Shown piece after piece: positions 32,283-40,565 of a stretch of DNA of 64,000 nucleotides. The stretch is taken from IMG/VR virus record IMGVR_UViG_3300022747_000001, positions 1 through 64,000 of that record. The stretch is one strand, 5' to 3'. The DNA comes from a virus. The notes below the pieces were generated by a model. It was not told the origin of the DNA. It did not search any database and saw only the letters and a list, made by a program, of their open reading frames with translations. Both the position numbers and the translations under genes were made by a program. Numbering within the stretch: the stretch's first letter is position 1; each line of letters begins with the position of its first letter.

Positions 32283-34229
32283 CTATTTGCGAGTAGCGCC
32301 TGCAACTTGTCCATAGCCTGACTCCTTCGTGACGGTAATGACCTCATCAATCCAATCGGACAGCGAGTTGTGGCTGATGACCAGCACGGTGCCACGCTCA
32401 CGCGCTTTTTCGTTCAAGACCGTCATCAGGCGTTCCAGCCCCGATTCATCCAGCGCGTGATCGACCTCATCGGCGATGAAGATGTTGATCGGCTTGCTGG
32501 CGCGGCTGGCCACCATGTCTTGCAGGGCCATCGCGGTCGCCAGGCGCACCTTGCGCTTTTCCCCGCCCGACAGACCCTCAAAGCTCTCGGCACCCTTGTC
32601 GTTCGTCACCTCGATCTGGAACTTCTCCTTGACCTCGCCCTTCGCGTTGGTGGTGAGCGTGTTCCAGACTGCATGGATGTTGTCGTCCGCCAGCGCTGAC
32701 AGGTAGTGGCTGGTTCGGTCGTTCAGGTACGGCGTCACCGTGTCCAGAATGTGCGCTCGAACACCGGCGGGGCCATAGACCTTCACCGCATCCTGCGCCA
32801 GCATCAGCGCGTCTTCGACCCGCTTGGCATCGCCCTCGCCTGCCGCAATGGTCGCCTCCAGCTTGGCGATCTGAGCCTCCAGCAGCTCTTTGGCCTTCGT
32901 ATAAGGATTGTCTTTTTTCAACCAAACTGCGGCCGCCGCTTTCACGTTGGCAATATCCAGGTCGATGCGCTCGATCTCGCCCTTCAAGCGGTTGATGCAC
33001 GCCACCTCGGTCGTAATGTCGTGCTGTCGCTCTGCCATTTCAGTCACGTCTGTCATGGTTGCTTTGAACGCAGTGGCTGCGTTCTGCGCGGTCGCTGCTT
33101 CGTCTCGTGCGGTTCTGTATGCGTCAGCAGCTTTACGCAGCTCACCATGCGCCACGACGACATCCGATTCGCGCAAGAGGCGCACCGCTTCAACGTCATG
33201 AGCGCAGTAGTCCTTGCCACACTCCCCACAGGGCGTACCGACCTTCTTGCCGACGTTCTCCTCTGCGACCTGAGCGTTGGCGTGCTTTTGCTTGGCCAGA
33301 CGTGCTGCTGACTCAGCCAGGGTCAATTTCTTCTGAGCAGCCTGCGCCAGCGTCTCCAGCCGTGCCAGCTCGTCGTTCTCTGACTTCAGGGCGGCAAACT
33401 TCTTCTTGATGGCGTCCAGCTCCCCCGCATAGTCAACGGCATCACGGGTAGCGACTTCAGTCTCCAACTCTTTGCGCCGCTTGGTCATGGGTGGAATCTT
33501 GGTCAGCTCCATCTTGGCTGACACAGGGCGGTCAGCTTCAAAGGCGGTCGCCAGCAGCTCGGTGTCGGCCAGTTGCGTCTTGGAATTCGCAAGCTGTGAC
33601 TGAGAGGCCACCAGCGTGGCGCCGATCTTGTCAAACTCGGCTTGCGCAGCCAACGCCCTGGCTCGAGCGATGGAGTGTGCTTTGGCCAAGACTTCGACGC
33701 CGGCAGCCTCCTCGATCATCAGCTTCAGGTGCTTGTCGGTCATGGCGGGCAGATCGGGCATCTTCTCTTGCCCTGCGTAGACCGCTGCCTGGAACACTTC
33801 GAGGCTGCACCCAACCAGCGCGTTGATGACTTCTTGAGTCTCGCGCTCGGTGCCTTTGTGCAGGTCGGTGGGTGCCATGCCAACGGCGGTGCCCCGCTGC
33901 TGGACAAGCGTCACGTTCTTGTTCGTGGAGTGCTTGCGATACCGGATGATGCGGTACTCGTTGGCGCCATCGGTCAGTCGAATCTCGACCTCGGTGTCCT
34001 TTTTGGCCTTCTTGTTCACCACGGCATCGGCAGTGACGCCTCGCGCGGTGACACCGTACAGCGCCCAACAGATCGCGTCCGCAATGGATGACTTGCCGGC
34101 ACCATTGGAATCGGCGGACGAGTCGTCCTTGTTGACGCCCTGGATCAGCACCAACCCGCGTTCAGCCAGCTCGATTTCGGCGTGCTGAATGGTCAGAAAG
34201 TTGGTGATGGAAATGGATTCGATGTTCAT
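32283..34229 (-). CDS. sbcC: SbcC/Rad50-like ATPase (T4 gp46-like), 648 aa
   Basis: Walker A NGAGKSS. Central coiled coil with CxxC hook (CGECGKDYC). Signature LSGGEKRKV. Walker B IFIADEVD. Confidence 0.85.
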   Translation of the reverse strand: MNIESISITNFLTIQHAEIELAERGLVLIQGVNKDDSSADSNGAGKSSIADAICWALYGVTARGVTADAVVNKKAKKDTEVEIRLTDGANEYRIIRYRKHSTNKNVTLVQQRGTAVGMAPTDLHKGTERETQEVINALVGCSLEVFQAAVYAGQEKMPDLPAMTDKHLKLMIEEAAGVEVLAKAHSIARARALAAQAEFDKIGATLVASQSQLANSKTQLADTELLATAFEADRPVSAKMELTKIPPMTKRRKELETEVATRDAVDYAGELDAIKKKFAALKSENDELARLETLAQAAQKKLTLAESAARLAKQKHANAQVAEENVGKKVGTPCGECGKDYCAHDVEAVRLLRESDVVVAHGELRKAADAYRTARDEAATAQNAATAFKATMTDVTEMAERQHDITTEVACINRLKGEIERIDLDIANVKAAAAVWLKKDNPYTKAKELLEAQIAKLEATIAAGEGDAKRVEDALMLAQDAVKVYGPAGVRAHILDTVTPYLNDRTSHYLSALADDNIHAVWNTLTTNAKGEVKEKFQIEVTNDKGAESFEGLSGGEKRKVRLATAMALQDMVASRASKPINIFIADEVDHALDESGLERLMTVLNEKARERGTVLVISHNSLSDWIDEVITVTKESGYGQVAGATRK

Positions 34230-35275
34230 GCGCTCTCCTTTGCGTCTTTCAGAATGTCGTCACACAGGACGGCCAGCTCAGTGGGTCGGGAAAAGTCCGA
34301 CGCCTTGATGTAGTCGGTGACGCTCACCTCGATGGAGGCGCCGGCGGTCACGGTGGATTTGGTGCGGGTCACGCCGGTCGGTGGCTGACTGACGATCGTC
34401 ACGCCCTTTGCGCCGCTGTCGGTCAGGTACTGGCGCAGCGCTTCGATCTCAGACGCTTTGGACGAGAAAATCTTGGCACGGACATAGTTGCCATCGACGA
34501 TCAGCGGGATGTCGTCCGGCTTGGTCGTGCCGTCGATCTCCACGAAGCTCGGTGCGTGGGTCGAGCGCCAGTTCACCCCTTCATCGGTGACGATCAGAAA
34601 GCCCGCCTTGCTGCCGATGTCCGACCACGTTTGATGGGTCAGCGCACCGATGCTCCAGACGTTCTCGGCCAGCTCCTTGTGGTGGTGGTAGTGACCAGCA
34701 AAGACGCGGCGAAACCCCAGCTTGGACAGGTACTCGGCATCCAGACCATGATCGGGAAGACCTTTGATGACGCCATCAATGCCGGCATGAATGACCAGAT
34801 CGACAGCGCCACATGCGGTCTTGGCGACGATCTTTTCCAGCTCAACCTTCAGGTCGGCCACGCGCTGCATGTACGGCACCAAGACCAGACCGTCCGTTGC
34901 GAACAGCAGTGGCTCGTTGACGACCTGGCAGCCCACCTTCTCCAGTGCGGTGATGGCGCTACCGACCTTGGTCGCTTCCTTGCCCTCAAGATCGTGGTTG
35001 CCTGCATTGATGAGGATGCGCATGCCCTTCTTGATAAGGTCGTGGTACAGCTCCAGCGTGGGGTTCAGCACCGATGGAGCGACCGAGCCGCGAACGTGAA
35101 ACAGATCACCGCCATGCACGATGGTGTTGCCACCGGCTGCGATCACTTCGTCGGCGCAGCGGCGCGTCTCGTCGAGGATTTGATTCAGACGCGTGTTGAC
35201 CCCTGCACCGTTGGTGCTGGAGAACGCCGTCCAGTTGTGATGATGTGTGTCAGATATGACGCCGTATGGTTTCAT
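34226..35275 (-). CDS. sbcD: SbcD/Mre11-like nuclease (T4 gp47-like), 349 aa
   Basis: Phosphoesterase motifs SDTHHH, GGDLFH, AGNHD and VIHAGI. ATGA overlap with sbcC. Confidence 0.85.
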   Translation of the reverse strand: MKPYGVISDTHHHNWTAFSSTNGAGVNTRLNQILDETRRCADEVIAAGGNTIVHGGDLFHVRGSVAPSVLNPTLELYHDLIKKGMRILINAGNHDLEGKEATKVGSAITALEKVGCQVVNEPLLFATDGLVLVPYMQRVADLKVELEKIVAKTACGAVDLVIHAGIDGVIKGLPDHGLDAEYLSKLGFRRVFAGHYHHHKELAENVWSIGALTHQTWSDIGSKAGFLIVTDEGVNWRSTHAPSFVEIDGTTKPDDIPLIVDGNYVRAKIFSSKASEIEALRQYLTDSGAKGVTIVSQPPTGVTRTKSTVTAGASIEVSVTDYIKASDFSRPTELAVLCDDILKDAKESA

Positions 35276-35286
35276 GGATGCTCCTG

Positions 35287-35300
35287 TCAGTGGTGACTTA
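35287..35300 (-). promoter_or_regulatory. operator-like motif copy
   Basis: Plus tcagtggtgactta. Its TAA is the stop of 35298-35702. The junction is 22 nt and has no promoter. Confidence 0.5.
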
Positions 35301-35702
35301 TGCGGTCTTGTAAAAAATGTGATGGCCGATCTTGGCCACCTTCACCATGCCCTTGCGCCAGGCTGGTGCGACGGCGGTCGAGTGGTAGAAGGTGGCTCCG
35401 CGCGTAGCGTCCGAAGGTCGGTTCTTGAGCACGTAGCTTGCGATGTGGGTGGCTAGCTCCCAAGCGCGTGCATCACGCGGCACGCCCTCCTTCTTGAGCA
35501 CGTAGCGCTTACCCTTCTTGGTCAGTAGTTTGTTCGTCCACGAAAACTGGCGCTTGGCAACAACCGTCTCGCACACCTTTGACTTGTCGCCTGCACGATT
35601 CATCGTCACCTGCGCCACCGCGTACTGGCCAGGAATCATTTCCGAGCGAGCTTCGTGATAGATGTTCAAGGCGAGACAGAGAACGGCAGACTCCAGAATC
35701 AT
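35298..35702 (-). CDS. SleB-type cell wall hydrolase (Hydrolase_2), 134 aa
   Basis: LALNIYHEARSE...YAVAQVTMNR matches the SleB/CwlJ N-terminal signature. Confidence 0.7.
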   Translation of the reverse strand: MILESAVLCLALNIYHEARSEMIPGQYAVAQVTMNRAGDKSKVCETVVAKRQFSWTNKLLTKKGKRYVLKKEGVPRDARAWELATHIASYVLKNRPSDATRGATFYHSTAVAPAWRKGMVKVAKIGHHIFYKTA

Positions 35703-35765
35703 GTGGTGCTTTCAGTTTTGCGATAAACCAATCTTAGTGACCGATTAGAGGGGTTACAACAAGGC

Positions 35766-36128
35766 TTACCGGAGACGCATCGCGGCTTCGACATTTACCC
35801 TGTTCATGGATGGCGTGATACGAAATCGACTCAGCGGCAGACACCGCTGAAGAATGTTCTTGGGGTTCGAAAAGGAGGCTTCACCGAAGAAGTCCTCGAC
35901 CTTGGTGGCGTACAGCAGCTTGCGCTTGCCGTCTTTGACCAGTACGCCTGCGAACTGATAACCACGACTAAGCGTGTCCTCCAGCGCAATGCGCTCGATA
36001 CACCAAGCGTTGCGTTTGGCGAGCACCTGCGACATTCTGCGGTGCGCTAAGTAGATGCCTCGCCCGTCTTCGAGTTCGTACCATGCCCCTTGATGCTTGA
36101 AGTTCACATTGTGGGGCACGATTTTCAC
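35766..36128 (-). CDS. hypothetical protein, 120 aa, GTG start
   Basis: GTG overlaps the upstream TAG (TAGTG). RBS GAGGAGAAG. Confidence 0.4.
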   Translation of the reverse strand: MKIVPHNVNFKHQGAWYELEDGRGIYLAHRRMSQVLAKRNAWCIERIALEDTLSRGYQFAGVLVKDGKRKLLYATKVEDFFGEASFSNPKNILQRCLPLSRFRITPSMNRVNVEAAMRLR

Positions 36129-36478
36129 TAATCTCTTCTCCTCAGTTTGATGACCGTGGCGGTCGTGTTGGGTTTGACAATGTGTGGCCCGTAAATCTTG
36201 GTCAGGGTCTGAAACAAGCGCTCGGCGTGCTGGCCGTCCTGATGCTGAAGTTCGGTGTGATTTTCGGCAGCGTAGACCGCGCACAACGCGCTGATCGGCC
36301 CTACCGAAGTGTCCAACACAACCGCTTTGCCGAAGACCACCTTGCGTCGCTCGTCCATCAGCAGCACTTCGGAACCGATCGGCAACTTCGCGAATTTCTT
36401 ACCCAACCGGAAGGTATTAAATTCACCCTCCACTCCGATGATCGGAGGAATGAAACCTATTACCGTCTGATCCACCAC
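36128..36478 (-). CDS. hypothetical protein, 116 aa (possible ASCH/PUA-like), GTG start
   Basis: ORF track. RBS CAGGAGAG. The ASCH assignment is only a weak impression. Confidence 0.45.
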   Translation of the reverse strand: MVDQTVIGFIPPIIGVEGEFNTFRLGKKFAKLPIGSEVLLMDERRKVVFGKAVVLDTSVGPISALCAVYAAENHTELQHQDGQHAERLFQTLTKIYGPHIVKPNTTATVIKLRRRD

Positions 36479-36535
36479 CGCACTCTCCTGAGTCCCAGAA
36501 GTCCCTCAGTATAGAACGCAGTGGTGGTGTTTCGG

Positions 36536-37543
36536 CTATGGCAACATTGCGACAAGCTCGGCAAACGACCCATCAGCACGAATCTTCTCGGCCAGCGCCT
36601 TTGTAAAATACTGCTTACCGTCCGTCCACGTCACGCGTGGTTTGGAGTACGTAATCAGCTTGTTCGCGATCAGATACTCCAGCAGGCTGGTAATTGTGTC
36701 GAACTGTGCCGCGCCGAGTTCATCAAAACTCATGCGGATCGAAGTCTCCTGAAAGGGCTTTGTCATCTTGGACTTCACGCACTGAATTGAGACGTTTTGC
36801 CCAATGAACTCCTTCGAGCCGTCGACGAGTTCCATGATCTTCTGACGACCAAGAGCCAGTCGCGCCGTTGCGTAGAACTCCATCGCTTTGCCGCCAGGGG
36901 TGGTGCGTGGGTCGCCATAGACGACGCCAGGCTTCAATCGCATCTGATTCAGATACAGAAAGGTGGCGTTGAATTCTTCGCAGTGCTGCGCCATCGCCTT
37001 CAGAGTCGTCGAGGTGACACGGGCCAGCGCCGTGGTGTCGTTCATGGTGTACTCGTCGATCTCCTTTTCTGCCTGGCTCTTGGGCAGCGCAGCAGCGATG
37101 GAGTCGAAGACGAACAGGATTGGTGCATCAGGCTTGATGACCTTGGACTCACGGATGATCTTGCACGCTTTTGCGGCAGTCACGTTGCCCTCTTCCCACG
37201 TCTTCGGCTTGGAGTAGAGCCAGTAGGGGCGCTCAGACTTCAGACCGAAGCCTTCAGCCAGACCCACATCGAACGAGCGCTCCCAGTCGATGAATCCAGC
37301 CACGCCGCCCATCTGTTGCGCTTTGACCATCCACTGTGTTGCCAACGCGGTCTTACCAGTTGACGACTCACCGAACATTTCCACCATGCGACCCATTGGC
37401 AGACCACCGTCATAGCGGCCTGACATGATCTTGTTCAGGGGAGGAAAGCCGGTGTCGATGAAGTTGGTGACTTGTTGGCCATCGGCATTAGCGCCCAACT
37501 CCTTGTCGAGTTGAGCCACGAGATCAGCTACTGAGGTTGCCAT
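36536..37543 (-). CDS. RecA/UvsX-like recombinase, 335 aa
   Basis: Walker A GESSTGKT, Walker B ILFVFDSIAA, and the RecA-core segment TTPGGKAMEFYATARL. Confidence 0.85.
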   Translation of the reverse strand: MATSVADLVAQLDKELGANADGQQVTNFIDTGFPPLNKIMSGRYDGGLPMGRMVEMFGESSTGKTALATQWMVKAQQMGGVAGFIDWERSFDVGLAEGFGLKSERPYWLYSKPKTWEEGNVTAAKACKIIRESKVIKPDAPILFVFDSIAAALPKSQAEKEIDEYTMNDTTALARVTSTTLKAMAQHCEEFNATFLYLNQMRLKPGVVYGDPRTTPGGKAMEFYATARLALGRQKIMELVDGSKEFIGQNVSIQCVKSKMTKPFQETSIRMSFDELGAAQFDTITSLLEYLIANKLITYSKPRVTWTDGKQYFTKALAEKIRADGSFAELVAMLP

Positions 37544-37727
37544 GATTGTTTTCCTTGAGTGTGAGGGTGGCTTCGACGACCTCGCGATCGTCGGGATGCC
37601 AGAGTTGTTTGCGGCGACCTTCGGCCTTGCCGCGTGTAGAGAACAGTTGGGGCGTGCTTGAGACGCCAGGTGGCGACCAGAACGTCCCGTCTGTCTTGTG
37701 TCGAATGACGAAGAATGTCGCCATCAC
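37524..37727 (-). CDS. hypothetical protein, 67 aa
   Basis: ORF track. VIRHKTDGTFW motif shared with 14409-14696. Confidence 0.4.
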   Translation of the reverse strand: MMATFFVIRHKTDGTFWSPPGVSSTPQLFSTRGKAEGRRKQLWHPDDREVVEATLTLKENNHGNLSS

Positions 37728-38629
37728 ATCGTCTCGAATCGGTTAATAAACACGTCCAGCTGTTTAAGGATGCTGGCAAAGCCAAGCTCCTCGCAGATTT
37801 GCTGGAAGCGTTCACGGTTCAGCTGGCCCTTGCGCACTTCGACGTGTGCGGGGTCTGGCTTGGCGACCTTGATGAGTTGCATCAGCTTCAGGTTGCGTCC
37901 GAAGAGCTTGCGTCCCTCGCCTTCGTTCAGGTTGATGTGCGCTTTCTTTTTCGGCACAAACGTGCCGTCAGCACAGACCTTCCAGAAGTTGCGAACGCTG
38001 CCGAACTCAGCCAGGAACTCGGGTGCGCCCTTTTCACCGATACCGCCAACGCCTGAGATCACGTCTGACGAGTCACCCTGAAGGCATTTGCCCTCGAGGT
38101 ACGCCAGCGGGGTCTTGTAGCCGGTCTTTTCGAAGAGGTTGGCGATCGTCACGATCTTGGCGTCGTCGCGCATGTCGCGCCACGTCACCCCCGTGCGCAC
38201 CAACTGAATCCAGTCCCCGTCACCGGAGATGAGAACGATTTCGGTGTCCGGCTTTTGCATCAGCGTGCTCACCAGATAACCAGCCATGTCGTCCGCTTCG
38301 TGCGTGGCCACCGTCATCTGACGGATACCGAGCGCTTCGAGGGCGTCACGAATGAACGGCGTTTGACTCTTGTAGGCTTCCTTGACAGCGACCTTCTTGG
38401 GGTCGTCGTTGCGGTTGCTCTTGTAAGAGGGGTTCAGTGCGAAGCGCCACTCCGCACGTCCGTCCCACAGCACGATCGGCGTGTGGTCGGGGTAAGTCAC
38501 GCGCAGTTCGCGCATGGTCTTCAGAAAGCCGAAAACAGCTTGGGTTTCCTGACCACCGGACGAGAGCTTCGTTGCATGGTGGCTGGCATACCCGACGCTG
38601 TTGCCGTCGATGAGTAGGTATTTAGGCAT
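37724..38629 (-). CDS. 5'-3' exonuclease / flap endonuclease (Pol I N-terminal, T5 D15-like), 301 aa
   Basis: LLIDGNSVGY, SGDGDWIQL and GDSSDVISGVGGIGEKGA are the classic FEN/53EXO motifs. Confidence 0.9.
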   Translation of the reverse strand: MPKYLLIDGNSVGYASHHATKLSSGGQETQAVFGFLKTMRELRVTYPDHTPIVLWDGRAEWRFALNPSYKSNRNDDPKKVAVKEAYKSQTPFIRDALEALGIRQMTVATHEADDMAGYLVSTLMQKPDTEIVLISGDGDWIQLVRTGVTWRDMRDDAKIVTIANLFEKTGYKTPLAYLEGKCLQGDSSDVISGVGGIGEKGAPEFLAEFGSVRNFWKVCADGTFVPKKKAHINLNEGEGRKLFGRNLKLMQLIKVAKPDPAHVEVRKGQLNRERFQQICEELGFASILKQLDVFINRFETM

Positions 38630-38649
38630 GAGATGAGAGGGCAGCAAGC

Positions 38650-38667
38650 CTGGAGCCGAAGCTCCAG
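38650..38667 (-). other. stable hairpin with TTCG tetraloop in a gene junction
   Basis: ctggagc cgaa gctccag. No U-tract follows, so this is more likely a processing or stability element than a terminator. Confidence 0.4.
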
Positions 38668-38678
38668 ACTGCATTGCC

Positions 38679-38692
38679 TCATTGGTGACTTA
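38679..38692 (-). promoter_or_regulatory. operator-like motif copy
   Basis: Plus tcattggtgactta. Its TAA is the stop of 38690-39496. Confidence 0.5.
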
Positions 38693-39496
38693 GCCCAAGT
38701 CGCCCAACAGATCGTCGAGTTCTTCGTCCAGTGCAGGTGCTGCGACCTTGGCGGCACGCGGAGCGGCCTCTTCGATCACTTCAGCATCGGTGCTGGCGGC
38801 TGGCAAAGCGCGAGTGCTGGGGCGGTCAGAGTGCGCAGCGGGCAAGATGCCAGCCACGTTGTTGATCGCCGACAACGCTTTGCGTTTTTGCTCGTCGGAC
38901 TCTTGCTGCACGTACTCGTCCAGGTTGGCGAGCTTGCTGTATGCAGCTTTCGGCACGGCTTGCTTCTTGGGAGAAACTTGCACGGCGTACTTGGTGTTCA
39001 GACCCTTCCCCTCACGGGTGATGACGAACACTTGCGCTTCGTCTGGATCGAACATGGAGGCGGCCCACTCTTCAACAGCATCGACCAACTGGCCAAACGC
39101 GGTTGCCTTGATTTCGAGAATCTGAGGGGTGTTGGGGTCTTCGCTGTCCAGAGCCAGCACATTCATCAAGAAGCTGCGGCCTGCTTTGGCTTTCTTGAGC
39201 AATTCGACCGTTTCGTCGTCACCGGCAGCGTGTTGAGCGCGGTTCAGACCTTCGCAGATCGGGCAAGGTTTGCCATAGATCGCTTCGTTGCAAGGGTACA
39301 CGGCTTGAATTTCGTCGGCGGCATTCTTGATGTAATGCTGGCCAAAGTCGTGATACCACACATGCTCTTCGCCTTTACGCCAGCCTTGCAGCAAGATGTA
39401 GCGGTTCGAGCCAGGTTGGGGCTTGATCGTCTTGTCTTTCGACTTCAGAGCGGCCTTTTTCTGTTTCATGAGTTCAAGAAGTTTCGAGGTATCCAT
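38690..39496 (-). CDS. ssDNA-binding protein, T4 gp32-like, 268 aa
   Basis: Zn-type cluster H...YPCNEAIYGKPCPICE and an acidic C-terminal tail DEELDDLLGDLG. Located between the FEN gene and the mediator-like gene. Confidence 0.55.
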   Translation of the reverse strand: MDTSKLLELMKQKKAALKSKDKTIKPQPGSNRYILLQGWRKGEEHVWYHDFGQHYIKNAADEIQAVYPCNEAIYGKPCPICEGLNRAQHAAGDDETVELLKKAKAGRSFLMNVLALDSEDPNTPQILEIKATAFGQLVDAVEEWAASMFDPDEAQVFVITREGKGLNTKYAVQVSPKKQAVPKAAYSKLANLDEYVQQESDEQKRKALSAINNVAGILPAAHSDRPSTRALPAASTDAEVIEEAAPRAAKVAAPALDEELDDLLGDLG

Positions 39497-39559
39497 TTGA
39501 TTTTTCCTAGTTTGGTTAGTTGGGTTGATGCTTTTGAGTTTTACGTCTTGAGCACTTAC

Positions 39560-39581
39560 ATTATAGTTCATCCGTGACTTA
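39560..39581 (-). promoter_or_regulatory. operator copy immediately upstream of -10 TATAAT
   Basis: Minus strand reads TAAGTCACGGATGAACTATAAT. Confidence 0.5.
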
Positions 39582-39603
39582 TCCTGTCACGGGGAACCAC
39601 AAT

Positions 39604-40479
39604 TTATTGAGGGCGAGCGTTCTGGAACGCAGCTTTCGCACGGGCACCGAGGTTTTCGGCTTCGTTCTTGGCTTCCATGACGCGCATGGCGCCCTTGTAT
39701 CCTTCGCGGCGGTCAGCTCCCATCTGGATCATCATGTCGCGACGATCAGCCAGGGATGCGACCAAGCCCTTGTTGATGCTGGCGATCGTGTCCGCTTCGA
39801 TGACCGCGTTCTTGGCTTTGAGCCAGCGCGGGTCGAGCTTGACGCCGTTTTCCACCATCTTCTCAGTGACCTTCTCACCGCCGGCAGCCAGGGACTTGCG
39901 AATCTCGTCGTACAGCTTGGCTTCCAGCACGTCAAAGCGCACCTTCAGGCGAGCGTGCTGCGCCTCTGCATACGCCGCTTGCGTACCGTAGTAGGCACGC
40001 AGACTGCTCTGCTCCATCATGGCGCCATCCAGCGTCGCTTCCGTGAGTTTGGTGTCGCGGTTGAACTGGTTCACGTCCACGAAGTATTGCAACTTGGCGC
40101 CGGCCGTCTGCGGCACGTCTTCGCTCAGTTCAGACGCATCGGCGACATCGGCAAAGTCAGCAGTCTTGGGTTCCACCACGGGTGCGGGGGCGACCGTCTC
40201 CTTCACAGGTGCAGCTTTCTTGGCCACTTTGGGAGCTGGGGCAGGTTCCGGTGCTGGCTCGGACTGGGGTTCGGGTTCAGCTTGCGCGACTACCTCATCC
40301 AACTCGTTCAGGTCTTCCAGATCGTCCAGCTCGCTGGCGCTGACAGGTTCGGGTTCGGCGGGCTTGACGGTCTTGGCGGGAGCCGGTGCGGTGCTGGCAA
40401 TGCCAGTTTCTGCCTCCAGCTCATCGAGCAAGGCGGCGATTTCGTCGTCGTCAACGGCGATTTGAGGGTTCGATGACAT
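39604..40479 (-). CDS. hypothetical protein, 291 aa, acidic N-half; possible UvsY-like recombination mediator
   Basis: The ORF itself is solid. The UvsY-like idea rests on position next to the SSB gene and a loose resemblance of the C-terminal helical half. Confidence 0.6.
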   Translation of the reverse strand: MSSNPQIAVDDDEIAALLDELEAETGIASTAPAPAKTVKPAEPEPVSASELDDLEDLNELDEVVAQAEPEPQSEPAPEPAPAPKVAKKAAPVKETVAPAPVVEPKTADFADVADASELSEDVPQTAGAKLQYFVDVNQFNRDTKLTEATLDGAMMEQSSLRAYYGTQAAYAEAQHARLKVRFDVLEAKLYDEIRKSLAAGGEKVTEKMVENGVKLDPRWLKAKNAVIEADTIASINKGLVASLADRRDMMIQMGADRREGYKGAMRVMEAKNEAENLGARAKAAFQNARPQ

Positions 40480-40548
40480 GGATTCTCCTTAACAAAAAAA
40501 TGTTTTCTAACAGCGTGAATGTTACTGTGCGTTTGCAGGGTTAGATAG

Positions 40549-40562
40549 TCATTTGTGACTGA
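40549..40562 (-). promoter_or_regulatory. operator-like motif copy
   Basis: Plus tcatttgtgactga, just downstream of the dnaE stop. Confidence 0.45.
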
Positions 40563-40565
40563 TCT

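Noticed and set aside
31667-32401. The full 244-aa version of this ORF, and similar long N-terminal extensions in the ORF track (for example 5054-5620, 5830-6651, 14002-14538, 15021-15719, 22358-23119, 23241-24158, 38690-39571).
   Set aside because: The extensions overlap upstream genes or promoter/operator elements and are Arg/Ser/Pro-rich. Internal starts with good SD sequences, or ATGA coupling, give compact non-overlapping genes.
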